Part shown: piece by piece, positions 14,681-26,958 of the stretch | Layout of the letters: each line of letters opens with the position of its first letter | Position numbering within the stretch: position 1 is the first letter of the stretch | Source of the DNA: Eledone cirrhosa | Lineage: Eukaryota | Assembly (NCBI GenBank): GCA_964016885.1 | Contig: OZ024743.1 | Span: 330,956,001 to 331,020,000 of the forward strand | Reading direction: 5' to 3' | DNA: 64,000 bases | Made by a program: the position numbers and the translations under genes | Notes under the pieces: model-generated | Told to the model about the DNA's origin: nothing | Database searches by the model: none | The model's input: only the letters and a program-made list of their open reading frames with translations

Positions 14681-15289
14681 AAAGGCGTATATTAACTACC
14701 CGTCTGAGGTGGGATACTGTGGCCATTGTCCGCGGAAATGGCTTAGCAGTTTTTCTGTGGAACAGCAGCCGAAACACCGCTCCGCCCTAGACATAGAGCC
14801 TATCCCTCTCTCCCCTTCTTCCGTTGCCTAATAGTCCTTGTTCTTTCCCTCCTTCCCCGCATATTTATGACGTTTATAGTCCTTTCCTCTACTGTCCTAT
14901 ACAACCAGATCTGACCTTCTTTACCGTATCTCCTTGTTTTTTTCGTTACTAAATTTTGATTTTATCTTTTTTTAAATATTTCCATTATTATATAACTTCT
15001 GGTTATAAAATATAGTTGACGTAATATGTTTATGTATAACATATGTCAAAATAAAATAAGGATTATATATACGTATCTAGTCTTGCTTAGAGTATTTTGA
15101 CTGGAAACATATCGCAACAGCTTCGGCAGCCAGTCAAGTTTACATTATATGGAAATAAGCCTTCATCAAGAATAGATTGTTTACAAAATCAATAGGACGA
15201 TATTGTTTTTCTTAGCTCAGCAGATGGGCGTATGTAAGCGTGCGTTGACCTTATGTAAAGATATTGAAATGCATCCACTTACTTATCTC

Positions 15290-16580
15290 TTCTTCATTTT
15301 CTTCTCTGTCCACTTATTCCTGAGAGCGGCGTGGCGTGGAAGAGGGTCAGAATCCTTAAACACTCTTTCCTGCAGGTTCTATCAGAAGCAACAGTCTCCT
15401 ACAGATCCGGCTGGATCCCAAAGCGTGATAAGCCATGCTCACAGATGTTATCCAACCATCTTGCTCAGGGTTTACCCTTAGGTCTCTTTCCGTTTTGGTT
15501 TTGCGCGTAAATTCTGCCCAGCGATTCTTTCCTGAGACATTATAGCCATATGCCCATAGTATCAGAGCTGTGATCTCTCAATTCGGAGTAAGTAGTACCA
15601 TGTCATCTGAAAATTCCAGCCGACAGATTGTACACCTGCCAGTCGTGATACCATTTTCAACCCGGGTGCGCATATCAATTATGTTCATGAAAATAATGAA
15701 CAGGAGAGGTGACAGTACGTACCCTTGGCAGAGTCCGATTCCCACATTGAATGGTTTAGATCTAGCATCATTTATCCGAACTCAAATACTTGGACATTTG
15801 TAGATAGACATAAGGTCAACAAGAAGCTGACCATCGACCCAATACACCCGTAGAACCTTCCCCAGCATGTCCCGTGAAACGCAGTCATATGCCTTTTCGA
15901 GGTCTAAAAAGCAAGAATACACCTCTTGGTAATACTCCCACGTTTTTTCAAAGTAAGTATTTGGTCGGTTGTGCAGCGTCCGGAGCGAAACCCACACAGT
16001 TCATCAGCTAGCTTCGACTTGACTATCGCCATACATCTCTTTGCCAGACACTTAGCATAGACTTTACTGGGGAGTCTTAACAAGGAGATCTCTCTGAAAT
16101 TGGAACAATCTCTCTTGTCTCTCTTTTTGAAAATTGGGATTATCACTCCCGATTGCCATTGTTTATGTGCTTTCCAGGGATCCAGACCACCCAGCACACA
16201 CGAGTCAGTCAGAGAATACCTTCTCTATTTAAGGCTTTTAACATTTCGGGCCGAATTTCATCCTCCCCGGCGGCCTTCTACATTTCAACTCTTTAACTGC
16301 TCTTGTGACCTAAGCCTCCTAGATATTAGTCATTGCTCCCAGATGCACCTCATATATATCAGAAGAGGCAGTTGTGATCAGGATTATGAGATCAACAAAG
16401 TATCCTCTCCACCTCGCGAGGATGCAACTCTCTGAAGAGAAAAGAACCCCAGGTGCGTTCCTGATAGCAAGTGTGGAGGACTTCTTATTACGAAGTCGGC
16501 GGATGGTCTGCCAGAACACACTATTTACTGATCAGAAGTGGGATTCCAGCTTAACCCCAAAGTCCTCCCATGTCTTAACT
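15290..16580 (-). mobile_element. RTE-clade (Rex3/Expander-like) LINE, degraded RT region and 3' end
   Basis: FWQTIRRLR, WQSGVIIPIFKKRDKRDCSNFREISLL, GFRSGRCTTDQI, CFLDLEKAYD, GLCQGYVLSPLLFIIFM, FSDDMVLL, then an internal deletion near 15590 to LRIERSQL. Many stops and frameshifts. Confidence 0.92.
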
Positions 16581-16584
16581 TAAG

Positions 16585-16735
16585 GAGTCCGAATACAGAT
16601 CCTTCCTTGATGAAGTCACTGCAACGTTAGATGTAATTAAGACTGAGTCATATATCCTTAAGGGAGACCTCAATTCACATGTTGGCACTGACTACCTGAC
16701 ATGGAAAGGAGTGATTGGAAGGAACGGGGATCCCA
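16585..16735 (+). mobile_element. Inverted APE-endonuclease fragment of the same Rex3-like LINE family
   Basis: Open frame ESEYRSFLDEVTATLDVIKTESYILKGDLNSHVGTDYLTWKGVIGRNGDP, containing the GD-x-N-x-HVG motif. Confidence 0.85.
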
Positions 16736-17369
16736 TTCCTATCTGGTTTATTTAAACAACTTAAATACTCACGGTAAAACTATGAGCCGTTATAATGAGT
16801 ATAGAGTTTATTGAATTAACCCTAGTACATTACTGTTGTTATTGGCGATTGAAAGATGTCAACTCCAGCATGATTTGAACTCAAAACATTTAAAACTATA
16901 CTTCACCATTTTTATCATTCCTTTTACCTATCGAGAAAATAAACTCCGAGTGATTTTGCTGCGTCTGCTGATTTTCAATATTATTTTTCCCATATTTTCG
17001 AACTATTATTGTTTCATAAACCCACTTTTACGAATTAAATTGTTCTACTTGACCTAACCAGTTCAATTTTTCGCTAATTATTGAAAAAAAAATCTATTCT
17101 AATGATTCGTAATCAATAAATCGATTAAATTCCATGTAATATGAGAAATATTAAGTAACTACTTCCATACAATTTCTTCGTTTTTCAATGTTTATTAATG
17201 TGTTCTTGTTTGTTTCATCGCTTGCTTCTTTGACTTGAATTCAACAAATCTGGCTAATATCAATATTTCAGACAATGGCAAGAAATGGTAAAACTTCTCA
17301 TTAAATTTCGAACAACGTTTCTATTTCTTCCTCTGCAGTCTGTGAAATAAATTCAAATTTCGACTACAA

Positions 17370-17545
17370 TCAGTAGAGCGTCAGACACCGTGCTTTACAG
17401 CATAGAGTTATGGCCCTTTTCGTTCTGAATTCAAATCCCGCCGAGGTTAACTTTGCCTTTCATCCTTACGGGGTCGATAAAATAAAGCACCAGTAATGCA
17501 CTGGGGTAATTGCTGACCTTGTGCCAAAAGTAGAAACAATTATTG
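17370..17545 (+). mobile_element. Nin-type SINE
   Basis: Same family, slightly 5'-truncated. Confidence 0.88.
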
Positions 17546-18560
17546 GGTATCAATTCTTTTCTAAGTATCGTTCTTTGTGTCTTTACCCTTTCTAGCAGTC
17601 TCTCTCTCTGTTAGCCTCTTCCTCACCTTTCACTCACTCACTCTCTGTCACTACCTCTCCTCCTCCCGTTTCTCCCCGTTTGACCTGTCCGTAATCCTTT
17701 TCTCGCGGGCACTTGGCCAAGCCGGTATGAATTTTTTTTCTCTTTCTCGTCTGCGACTTCACAGAACTTATGTTTACCGAATTCGCAGACCAGACCCCTT
17801 CTTCCTCCCATTAGACCTGTGCGAAATTCCTTCCTTGCTCACATTTCAACCAGGTTTGATGGTCTTTATTCTCTCGTTCACGATTCCACCGAATTTATAT
17901 TCATAGAAATCTGGGACTTGTTTCCTTCTTCATCACTCTCTGCTGCTTAAATCATTTTGTTTGTTTACCCTAGCGTCCCCTTTATTTACGTGTCCCAACG
18001 ACTTTTTTTTAGTCGTTGCTCGCACCACCTGAGGTATATGGCCTTTAATGCGACGAACTGCCTACGACGGTTGGATGGCCACTGATGAGGACAAACTTTT
18101 TCATATGTAACCCATTTGCAGCGCCGCAGCTCCATTATTATCATATATATATATATATATATGGGGGTTATAAATAGGGAGACACAAAGCAGGCTTTGTT
18201 TACAAACGGCTAGCGAATTTGAAAATTAGGTAGTAACCTGTGCTTACGCCGTATTTGACTAAATAGAATTTATCTCTTAGTTGGGATTTAAAAAAACCCT
18301 CTAGCCGTTTCTAAAGAAAACCTGCTTTGTGTCACCCTATTTATATGCATATATATGGTTATATAGCTTCTAATTGAATGGAAGGAAGCATGGGTGGCCT
18401 GTTGGTGTAATGGTGAACAGGCAAACCAAAGATGTGGGTTCTTGTCCCCATGTACGTCAATATTCATCCTTTTTTCTATCCAGAGGGGTTTTTTAAAACC
18501 CAACTCACAGACTAATTCTATTTAGTGAAATACGGAGTAAGCACATGTTACTACCTAATT

Positions 18561-18623
<63 letters not shown>

Positions 18624-18689
18624 TCGAGGTCCGTCTATAGTGTCCAGAGTGTAAATAGAGTTTAGATGTCTCGTTGCACATATAAACTC

Positions 18690-18778
18690 GCATATCTGAG
18701 AAGATGTCGAAGAAGAGTCTGGCCCTGTCATTATGATTGTACCCTGAGCTGATCGATATCGAAACAATTGTAATATGC
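18690..18778 (+). ncRNA. Type I hammerhead ribozyme with G8A core change
   Basis: GCATAT-CTGAGAA-GATGTCGA...TCGATATC-GAAAC-AATT-GTA-ATATGC: 6-bp stem I and 8-bp stem II. Confidence 0.75.
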
Positions 18779-18889
18779 CTATTAAGTTTGTAACATAAAG
18801 GGCGGTGCCCTAGCATGGTGGCTGGAACAGGTAAAAGTAACATATGCTGCAAAACTGATTTCGATTCTACTTATTCTCTCACTCTCTCT

Positions 18890-18939
<50 letters not shown>

Positions 18940-18942
18940 ATG

Positions 18943-19072
<130 letters not shown>

Positions 19073-19129
19073 TATTGAAGTTTGCTTGAGATATTTACAT
19101 ATATATATATATATGTATATATATATGTC

Positions 19130-19173
<44 letters not shown>

Positions 19174-19560
19174 TAGCATTAATTAAAGGTTAATTAGTCT
19201 CTAATACTTAAACATCTCAATGAGAGGAATCTCTCAGAGAAGCAATATTAAAATTAAGTGAGAACAATCTCTATTTATGGGCGTACAAACAAGATAGACA
19301 AAAAAAATATTCTATGTAAATTCGCTTATATATAGATCTCCCTACCATGGATTCATATGGGGAGGGATTCTTATTGGAACCACCAATAATTGAAGAATCC
19401 GCAATACTCTTCTGGAATTTAATTCTTCAAAGGCTAAGAGAAATTGACCAAGAAATAATACATAATGTTTCATTCCAGCATGCTGGAAATCTTTTTCTTT
19501 TTTGTCTATCTTGTTTGTACTCCCATAAATAGTTTTTTCTCACTTAATTTTAACATATAA

Positions 19561-19618
<58 letters not shown>

Positions 19619-19675
19619 AGCGAGTAGGACCCCGACGGCTGAGCTCAAGCTGTTTCGACGACTAATTCTGGACTC

Positions 19676-19706
<31 letters not shown>

Positions 19707-19854
19707 TAACAGATTAAAGTTTAAGCAAAGAATCGCTGCTTTCACCCTTAACGGATCTTCTAAATATTTTCTCTAGGGTTCTTATATACTTAATATATAT
19801 TTATCCTTATCGAGCCCTCTTTGGATTTTAGTCTTCACATTTATTATTATTACT

Positions 19855-19900
<46 letters not shown>

Positions 19901-20303
19901 TTTTTTTTTTTTTTTTTTTGAGACTTGAAACCGTAATTACAGCAGGTACAGTGAACTTTTTAAAATTTATTTTAAAACTTTTTCTTATTTGCTAAACCTT
20001 GATTATATATGTTCTGGCTCGTTAATTTATTAACCTGCCATAGAACCACATTGGCATACGGTTGGATAATACATGTGTCCCTATATGTATTTTGCATGTC
20101 GGGATACATACTTTATTATTATTAATCTCCCCTGGTCGAGATAACATTTTGGTCGTTTTAACTGCTGCTATTTCTAGTGGCAGTAGATTGACCGTTCCGC
20201 CACTAGTACACACGGCACTGGACAGAATTGTTTCTTTATCATTCACTCTCATCTCGGGAACAACTTTGAACTCGGGAATTTTATATTCTCCGAGTGAAAA
20301 GAA

Positions 20304-20386
20304 CCCTCTGACGAGTGTCTTCCTTTTCAATGGTTCTCCGCATGGATTATCCTTTTATTTTGAGACTTGAAACCGTACGGTAAGGG
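20304..20386 (+). ncRNA. Type I hammerhead ribozyme, canonical core
   Basis: CCCT-CTGACGA-gtGTCT...AGACtt-GAAAC-CGTACG-GTA-AGGG, with palindromic stem III. The base of stem II is imperfect. Confidence 0.8.
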
Positions 20387-20454
20387 TAATTACAGCAGGT
20401 ATAGTGAACTTTTTAAAATTTATTTTAAAACTTTTTCTTATTTGCTAAACCTTG

Positions 20455-20510
<56 letters not shown>

Positions 20511-20514
20511 TATG

Positions 20515-20922
20515 GGAGAGATGACCCCTTAGCCTTTGTCAAGGCAGAATTCTAGGAGAAGGAAAACTCTGATATAACACCTGCAACCCTGATGGTATCC
20601 AATGATGTTGACTTGTTCTTCTTTTTGGTAAATATCATCTTGGTTAAGAGAGTGGGACTGGCTTTGTGCAGTGCCTTTGCTCACTATAAAAGCTTCACGG
20701 CACAGGCATTGCTTTATATCTGGAGATCTCTCTGCACTTGTCGTCACATGGTACCATGGGCCCAGCACTATGTGCCAATAATTGTCACAAGTATAGTGTT
20801 TGTACCAGAGTTTTCAAGTCGCTGGCTGGACTAAAATGTCACACTCGTTCAGCGCATCGGTAGGGGTTCTCCTAGATGGATATAAAGTAGTGGCCGTACT
20901 CGAAAACGAGTTGGCAGCCACC
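20515..20922 (+). mobile_element. Non-autonomous RTE-derived element ending in a C2H2-finger remnant
   Basis: YSVCTRVFKSLAGLKCHTRSAHR*, then a GCAGCCACC tail into (TA)n. Related to 12066-12540 (-) and 31218-31257 (-). Confidence 0.6.
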
Positions 20923-20981
20923 ATATATATATATAAAATGGAAAACGAAGAATCAGTGAATCATTGGAACTCAATTTATTA

Positions 20982-21072
20982 CGTATTACAATTGTTTCTC
21001 CGGCGAACAGCTCGGGGTGTGATCTGTTTGTGGATCGAACCTGACTCTGGATTCGCAAGTTCCTCAGATACG
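20982..21072 (-). ncRNA. Type I hammerhead ribozyme, canonical core
   Basis: CGTAT-CTGAGGA-aCTTGCGAA...TTCGCCGGa-GAAAC-AATT-GTA-ATACG followed by AATAAA. The 3' half recurs inverted at about 21801-21919. Confidence 0.8.
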
Positions 21073-21270
21073 TCTGTCGGTTTCAAAGCAGGTACTCTGT
21101 CAAAAGGGTTCCGATCTTCCGAGTCTATATCGTCTGCCTTCATCCTGTTTGCGCGTCCTTTGGGTAGGTCACTGGTTTGTGACGTCATCACAGTTCTGGC
21201 GACTGAAATTTGCCCACTGACCATCTAGTCGTGAACTGTCACTCATCTTCGTGCCATCCTCAAAATTACT

Positions 21271-21448
21271 TGTTTCTACTTTAGGCACAAGGCCAGCAAT
21301 TACCCAGTGCATTACTGGTACTTTATTTTATCGACCCCGTAAGGATGAAAGGCAAAGTCAACCTCGGCGGGATTTGAACTCAGATCGTAAAGGGACGTAA
21401 CTATGCTTGAAAGCATGGCGTCCGACCCTCTACCGATACTGCCAATCT
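21271..21448 (-). mobile_element. Nin-type SINE with TSD
   Basis: Same family, with 15-bp TSD ATCCTCAAAATTACT at 21256-21270 and 21449-21463. Confidence 0.9.
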
Positions 21449-22015
21449 ATCCTCAAAATTACTGCTATGTGTACCTACACACACTGCCGTACACACTCAC
21501 ACACAGGCAGAAACATACAGATAGAGCCTGCGTGCTTGCTTTCGCGCATGTACCTACACCTTCATATACACACACGTACACAGTCACACAAATATACGTG
21601 TACATGCAGACACAGAGAGGCACACACTCACACATGCATATATGCGTGTATATACACAGACACACACATGTATGTGTACGTACATACAGCTACCCACCTA
21701 CACGCACACGTGTGTGTGTGTATATATATATGTATATGTGTGCGTGTAGGTAGGTAACTGTATGTACGTAACATGTGTGTGTGTGTGCGTATATATACAC
21801 GCGAATCCAGAGTCAGGTTCGATCCACACACAGATCGCACCTCGAGCTCTTCGCAGGAGAAACAATTGTAATACGCAATAAATTGTGTTCCGATGCATCA
21901 CTGATTCTTCGTTTTCCATATTATCATACTTTGCTCCGTAAGAGCATAGAGTGCTGAACCGGCATACCGCCTATAGACGCACCTTAGCTACCATAAGACA
22001 TATACATATATATAT

Positions 22016-22296
22016 CAGTGGCGAAGGGTAAGCTGGAAAGCAGGGCATACAGTCCAATCGCCATGGCGGAAAGTGGGGGGCTGTGCAGCCTTATCCCCCC
22101 ACCAATTCCCTCTAAATGACCCTCCCGGTCAAAGCCGCATGTAGTGTTATCTAGTGTGTGTGTGTGTGTTATCTTTTTATGTCTACGATTTAGTAAGCAG
22201 CCAAAATTCTGCTTGCTTCAACCGACGCAATTGATCAACTCAAGATTCTATAACGCATGCACTGCATGCGTTGCATGCACGCACCCTTCGCCCCTG
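22016..22296. mobile_element. hAT-like MITE
   Basis: 14-bp TIRs CAG(T/G)GGCGAAGGGT (13/14). Any target-site duplication is obscured by flanking microsatellite. Confidence 0.65.
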
Positions 22297-22298
22297 AT

Positions 22299-22329
<31 letters not shown>

Positions 22330-22655
22330 AGTAAAAGTAGAATTGAGATGGAGGGTTTGTGGTTTTTATGCATGGTCCAGTAATGCTCTAGAAACAATGT
22401 ACTAACATACGGCATTTCAAGGGCATTTCAAAATCTGCGGAACCCAAACCTTTCCAGGTCTGAATACAGCAGATTTTTTCCAGAGAATGATAGAGAGAGC
22501 GAGAGAAAGTAATTGAGAAAGAGATATAGAGGAAGAATCGGCCCCAGTACTAGACTGGTACTTTTTTATCGAACTCCAATGGATGAAAGGCAAAGTTGAC
22601 CTCGGTGGGATTTGAACTCGGAGAGCAGAGAGCTGGAACAAATACTGCAAAGCAT

Positions 22656-23033
22656 TTTATCCAACGTTCTAACGACTGCCATTTTATCCGACGTTCTAAC
22701 GACTGCCATTTTATCCGACGTTCTAACGACTGCCATTTTATCCGACGTTCTAACGACTGCCATTTTATCCGACGTTCTAACGACTGCCATTTTATCCGAC
22801 GTTCTCACGACTGCCATTTTATCCGACGTTCTAACGACTGCCATTTTATCCGACGTTCTCACGACTGCCATTTTATCCGACGTTCTAACGACTGCCATTT
22901 TATCCGACGTTCTAACGACTGCCATTTTATCCGACGTTCTCACGACTGCTATTTTATCCGACGTTCTAACGACTGCCATTTTATCCGACGTTCTAACGAC
23001 TGCCATTTTATCCGACGTTCTAACGACTGCTAA
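22656..23033 (-). repeat. 14 x 27-bp tandem repeat of the SINE A-box region
   Basis: Unit ATGGCAGTCGTTAGAACGTCGGATAAA, continuous with the SINE body at 22540-22655. Confidence 0.95.
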
Positions 23034-25002
23034 TTTGTCGTCTTTTATACATGAATATACAAACACTTTATTTTTAGAGCCGTGGAGCGAGTTACGAATT
23101 ATTTTGACTTTAAAGTTAACTTAGAATTAACAACTTCAACGCGCAGTCCAAATAATAGGGAGGGTTGGGATCGGTAATTTTTCTAGGTTGTCTCCATTGA
23201 TTTTTTTTTAAACCAGAATTAGTCGTTTAGTTTACATATTGAGACTCCAACCCATCCTATTTATTTTATAAAGTATGGGATTTCTTATAATATACTTTTT
23301 GTCATGTATAATGTTTTTTAATGTACAAAGAAAATTAATTGACGCAGGAATGCGATGACTGAAAATAAAATTTTGCCGGAGATAGATTAGCAAAATTGAA
23401 TAAGCTTGGATGGGGTGGAATTAGAGCGAGGGATGTGTGAACAATCTGAAGAATTAATAAGTGGAGGTGGGACAATTATTCGAGACCCGAGAGTGCAAAT
23501 AGAATCTGGCCGAAGAGAGGGACAGAACCTGTATAAACTTTCAGAGAAGGAACACTGTAAAGATGTTAAACGTGTGTTGCTTGCTATCACACAATTAATT
23601 CTAAATTCGCACACAAGGTGGCTGGGATATCAGATAATGGTGTGTGAGGTACCCTGACGAAAGTAGCAGAGCATAGAGCATTCCCGAGAATTTACACAGA
23701 CTGCAAAATGGACCGCCGTCTATTTTGAAGATGATCAATTAATGGAACAGCTTTCTTCTGAAGTTAATTTGTAAAGTGGCTGAGCATTCCACAGATAGAT
23801 GTATTCTTAACCTAATTCTCAGGGAGATTCAGCAGGACACTGTGTGTGACAAGGCTAGCCCTTTGAATGACAGGCACAGCCTATTTGACAGGCTTTGGAA
23901 TCGTCTCCGTCTACCCAATGTCCTTCACCGGCGTGGGTCAATGCGAAGCTATGGTAAATGACACTTCACCGAGATGTCACGCGGTGGGATCGAACCCGGG
24001 ACCTAATGTTGGGAAGTGGGCTTCTTAACCATTTGGTCATGCTACGTCCACACACATACTTCCACTAACATACACCCATGCATATATACACAGACTGACC
24101 GACGCACATACACACACACCGACGCACATACTCACACCGACGTACATACCCACACACACATACCGACGCACATACTCACACACATACCCACACCGACACA
24201 CATATATATATATATATATACACACACATACAATCACAGATAGACACATAATTATTATTGTTCGCATGTGACGTCTTCGTGATTCTAGTTTGGTCCAATG
24301 AAAGTTTGGTATCTGTCAGTAACAGATGTCTCGCTAGAACCAACGTAACAATACTAACTACTACACAGGTGTCAATCGCAGACACATTCTCACCATTATT
24401 CCAATGGCTATTGCCAATTTAGCCCCGTCGCCGCCCTCCTCTTCTCTTCATTGTAATTTATTTACAGACGTGAGAGGAGCTTTTAGGAGAGTGAGAGGGT
24501 GGAGAGAAAGAGAGAGAAGGTTATACTAGAGCGAGAGAGAAAGGTTTTCAAGAGAGAGAGTGTGAGTGAGGTTTTATGAGAGCGAGAAGGTTTTACGAGT
24601 GAGAGAGAGAGAGGGGTTTTTCGAGAGCGAGAGAGATTTTATGGGAGCAAGAGAGAGGTTTTACGAGAGCGAGAGTAGAGAGAGAAGAGAGAAGGTTTGT
24701 GTGGATTGTTGGGTGGTAAAGGGAAACGGTATGTTGTTGGTGGTGGTGGTGTATACGAGAGAGGAGGGGTGTCATTAATTGGTTAGTTAATTAAGATTAC
24801 TCTGATCAGTCAGCCAGTAAATGTGTAATTAGTTGGATGTATTCAAACATGAAGAATCGATGTCAAACCCAGGTTGAGGTTCAAGAGAGTGCCAAGATGA
24901 CGACTTCAGGAAAGTAAAATGGCCATATAATTGCCTCGCATTGAAAAGCTTTATGTAACTAATATATTGAAACACACGCACAGACATACACATACATTAT
25001 AT

Positions 25003-25036
<34 letters not shown>

Positions 25037-25619
25037 TAGATAGACAGATATATATATAATTATATGTGTATACACAAACATGTGTATGCAGACAGAGAAA
25101 CCCGCTCACATACACAGTATACATATATGTATATACACAAAAACACAACACACACGCATATATATATATATATATAAATAATTTATAGTAGTACAGATTA
25201 AAGGCTTCAGCCTTTAAGCGGGATCATCTGAAACCGATAAAAATATATATACAATCCTTATTGAGTCCTCGTTGGATTTTGGTCATTGTATTTATTATTA
25301 CCATATATATATATATATATTGTTATACTTTGGGAGGGTCATGTTGCCAATAAAAACACATGCACGTGTTGGTTTTCACTTCAATTTATTATAAATTTCT
25401 GGTTTGTTGGTTGGTTGTTTATATATTGTCAACTTATATATATATATATTTGAACCATGACGCCAAGAGACCATGACAACTTTTACCCTCTTAAATTAGC
25501 TGAATCACAGCTTTTAAATGTAAACAGACATCGTATATACGTAAACCGATCTCCCAGACTTTTATGAAGCGCTGATAGTGGTAATATAAACAGCCGGTTG
25601 CTAAAGACAAGACTAGCAC

Positions 25620-25960
25620 CTTTTCAACGTGGCTCCAGACACGTTCCTCCTGCGTCATATCAGCAGATATACTTATGTTCAGCAATGCATGAGTTATGCT
25701 AAAATGAACGGTCATTCGCACACCACACGAAACCGTTCCGGTCGCTCTCCGACAGGTTTGCGGTCGTTCCCTTGGCAGTGGAGACTTCTGGTGTGCTCGG
25801 CCCTAGGGCTACCTCCCTACTCACCACCATAGGCACTGAGCTGGCCAGCCGCATGTGTGAGCCTCGTGAGTTGGAATGGCCCTTCCAGCGCATCTCCCTT
25901 ACCATCCTCCGGGGAAACGCCTTCTCCATTCTGTCCGCCGGCCATCAATATGATTACTTA
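25620..25960 (+). mobile_element. CRE-clade non-LTR retrotransposon 3' fragment (restriction-like endonuclease end)
   Basis: VPLAVETSGVLGPRATSLLTTIGTELASRMCEPRELEWPFQRISLTILRGNAFSILS matches the P-x-A-x-ET-x-G...FQR-x-S-x-x-I-x-RGNA C-terminal signature of CRE elements. Confidence 0.8.
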
Positions 25961-26089
25961 ACCCTTTCATTACCATCGTTCACTGTATGTGTGTCTTTCA
26001 GTCCGCCCGTTGGAAGCTGATGAAATATCGATGCATTTTCTGTAACTGTCTGCTTTTCCCTCTTTCCCTTCGCTCACGAACATTTCTAG

Positions 26090-26878
26090 AAGGTATTGAG
26101 TTCGTTGGCAGTCATTGAGCACCCTGCTATGTTTTGGGCGATTTTACTCGAATTTTTATAGTAAGATTATTTAGAGCAGATGTTTTACAATTATTTCTGT
26201 GTTTGAGCTCCTCACATTTCTATAAACCATATTCCCTCAGCGCTTCACATCGATTATTTAATACATATGTTTCATTACATCTGCACGAGCCAGATATCTG
26301 TCCAAGGGCTATCAACCTATTCTTGTCTTGCTCCTCTTCTCTTTTCTACCGAGTTCTCTTACAGTTTCCAAAAGTAACTGGAGACTTTTGTTGTGATCCT
26401 TTTCTCCTAGTAACGGAAAGACCTCATATGGTTATCATAGCTTTCTCTGAACTGCTAGTCCACGAGTCCACCTATCGCATCAGACTAGACGTGTGGTCTG
26501 GGTTTGTTGCCTCATAGATAATAGCCTCTGTTTTACAGGCCCAACTAATGAGCATGTATCGCTGTTCTTACAAGAGCACCTGGTTTTGTTGGTTAATATA
26601 CTTTTGAAGTTGGACATGGAGCTAAAGCTGATCTTAAGGTTATGCTTGTTCAATAGTTCCTGTGCATATGACTGTCAAGGAATTATTTGTATATTAGAGC
26701 TAGGAATGTTCTGCCGATGTTGGTTTTGAATTTTCAGCAAGAAGGGTAGTGTGGACCAGATCGTATTTTGGCTTCTGTTTCTCTTTAGCTGTCTAGAGCT
26801 GTAACAACGTTTTCCTGTATGCTTCACATGCATCGCTGTTGAAGGGGTGCTTTGTTAAATAAATGTCTGCTAGAAGGT
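26090..26878 (-). mobile_element. Degraded Penelope-like element, linker and GIY-YIG region (possibly Naiad-type)
   Basis: Frameshifted remnants KTNIGRTFLALI, LLNKHNLKISFSSMSNFKSIL, CSCKNSDTCSLVG and HMRSFRY...TSLSNYFWKL. Confidence 0.7.
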
Positions 26879-26926
26879 TATATATGTATGTACACACACA
26901 CACACATGCATATATATACATGTATT

Positions 26927-26958
<32 letters not shown>

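Noticed and set aside
17185-17339. Possible minus-strand terminal exon (tttcacag/TAEEEIETLFEI* or xCRGRNRNVVRNLMRSFTISCHCLKY*, with AATAAA)
   Set aside because: No recognisable homology or partner exon, and equally plausible splice signals occur on the plus strand.
18075-18110. CTGATGA hammerhead halves here and at 62131 and 61530 (-)
   Set aside because: No GAAA or stem III follows, so they are at most truncated relics.
22566-23124. CRISPR-like array or repeat protein (MAVVRTSDK)n
   Set aside because: The units abut with no unique spacers, no cas genes are present, the context is eukaryotic, and the unit is a SINE head.
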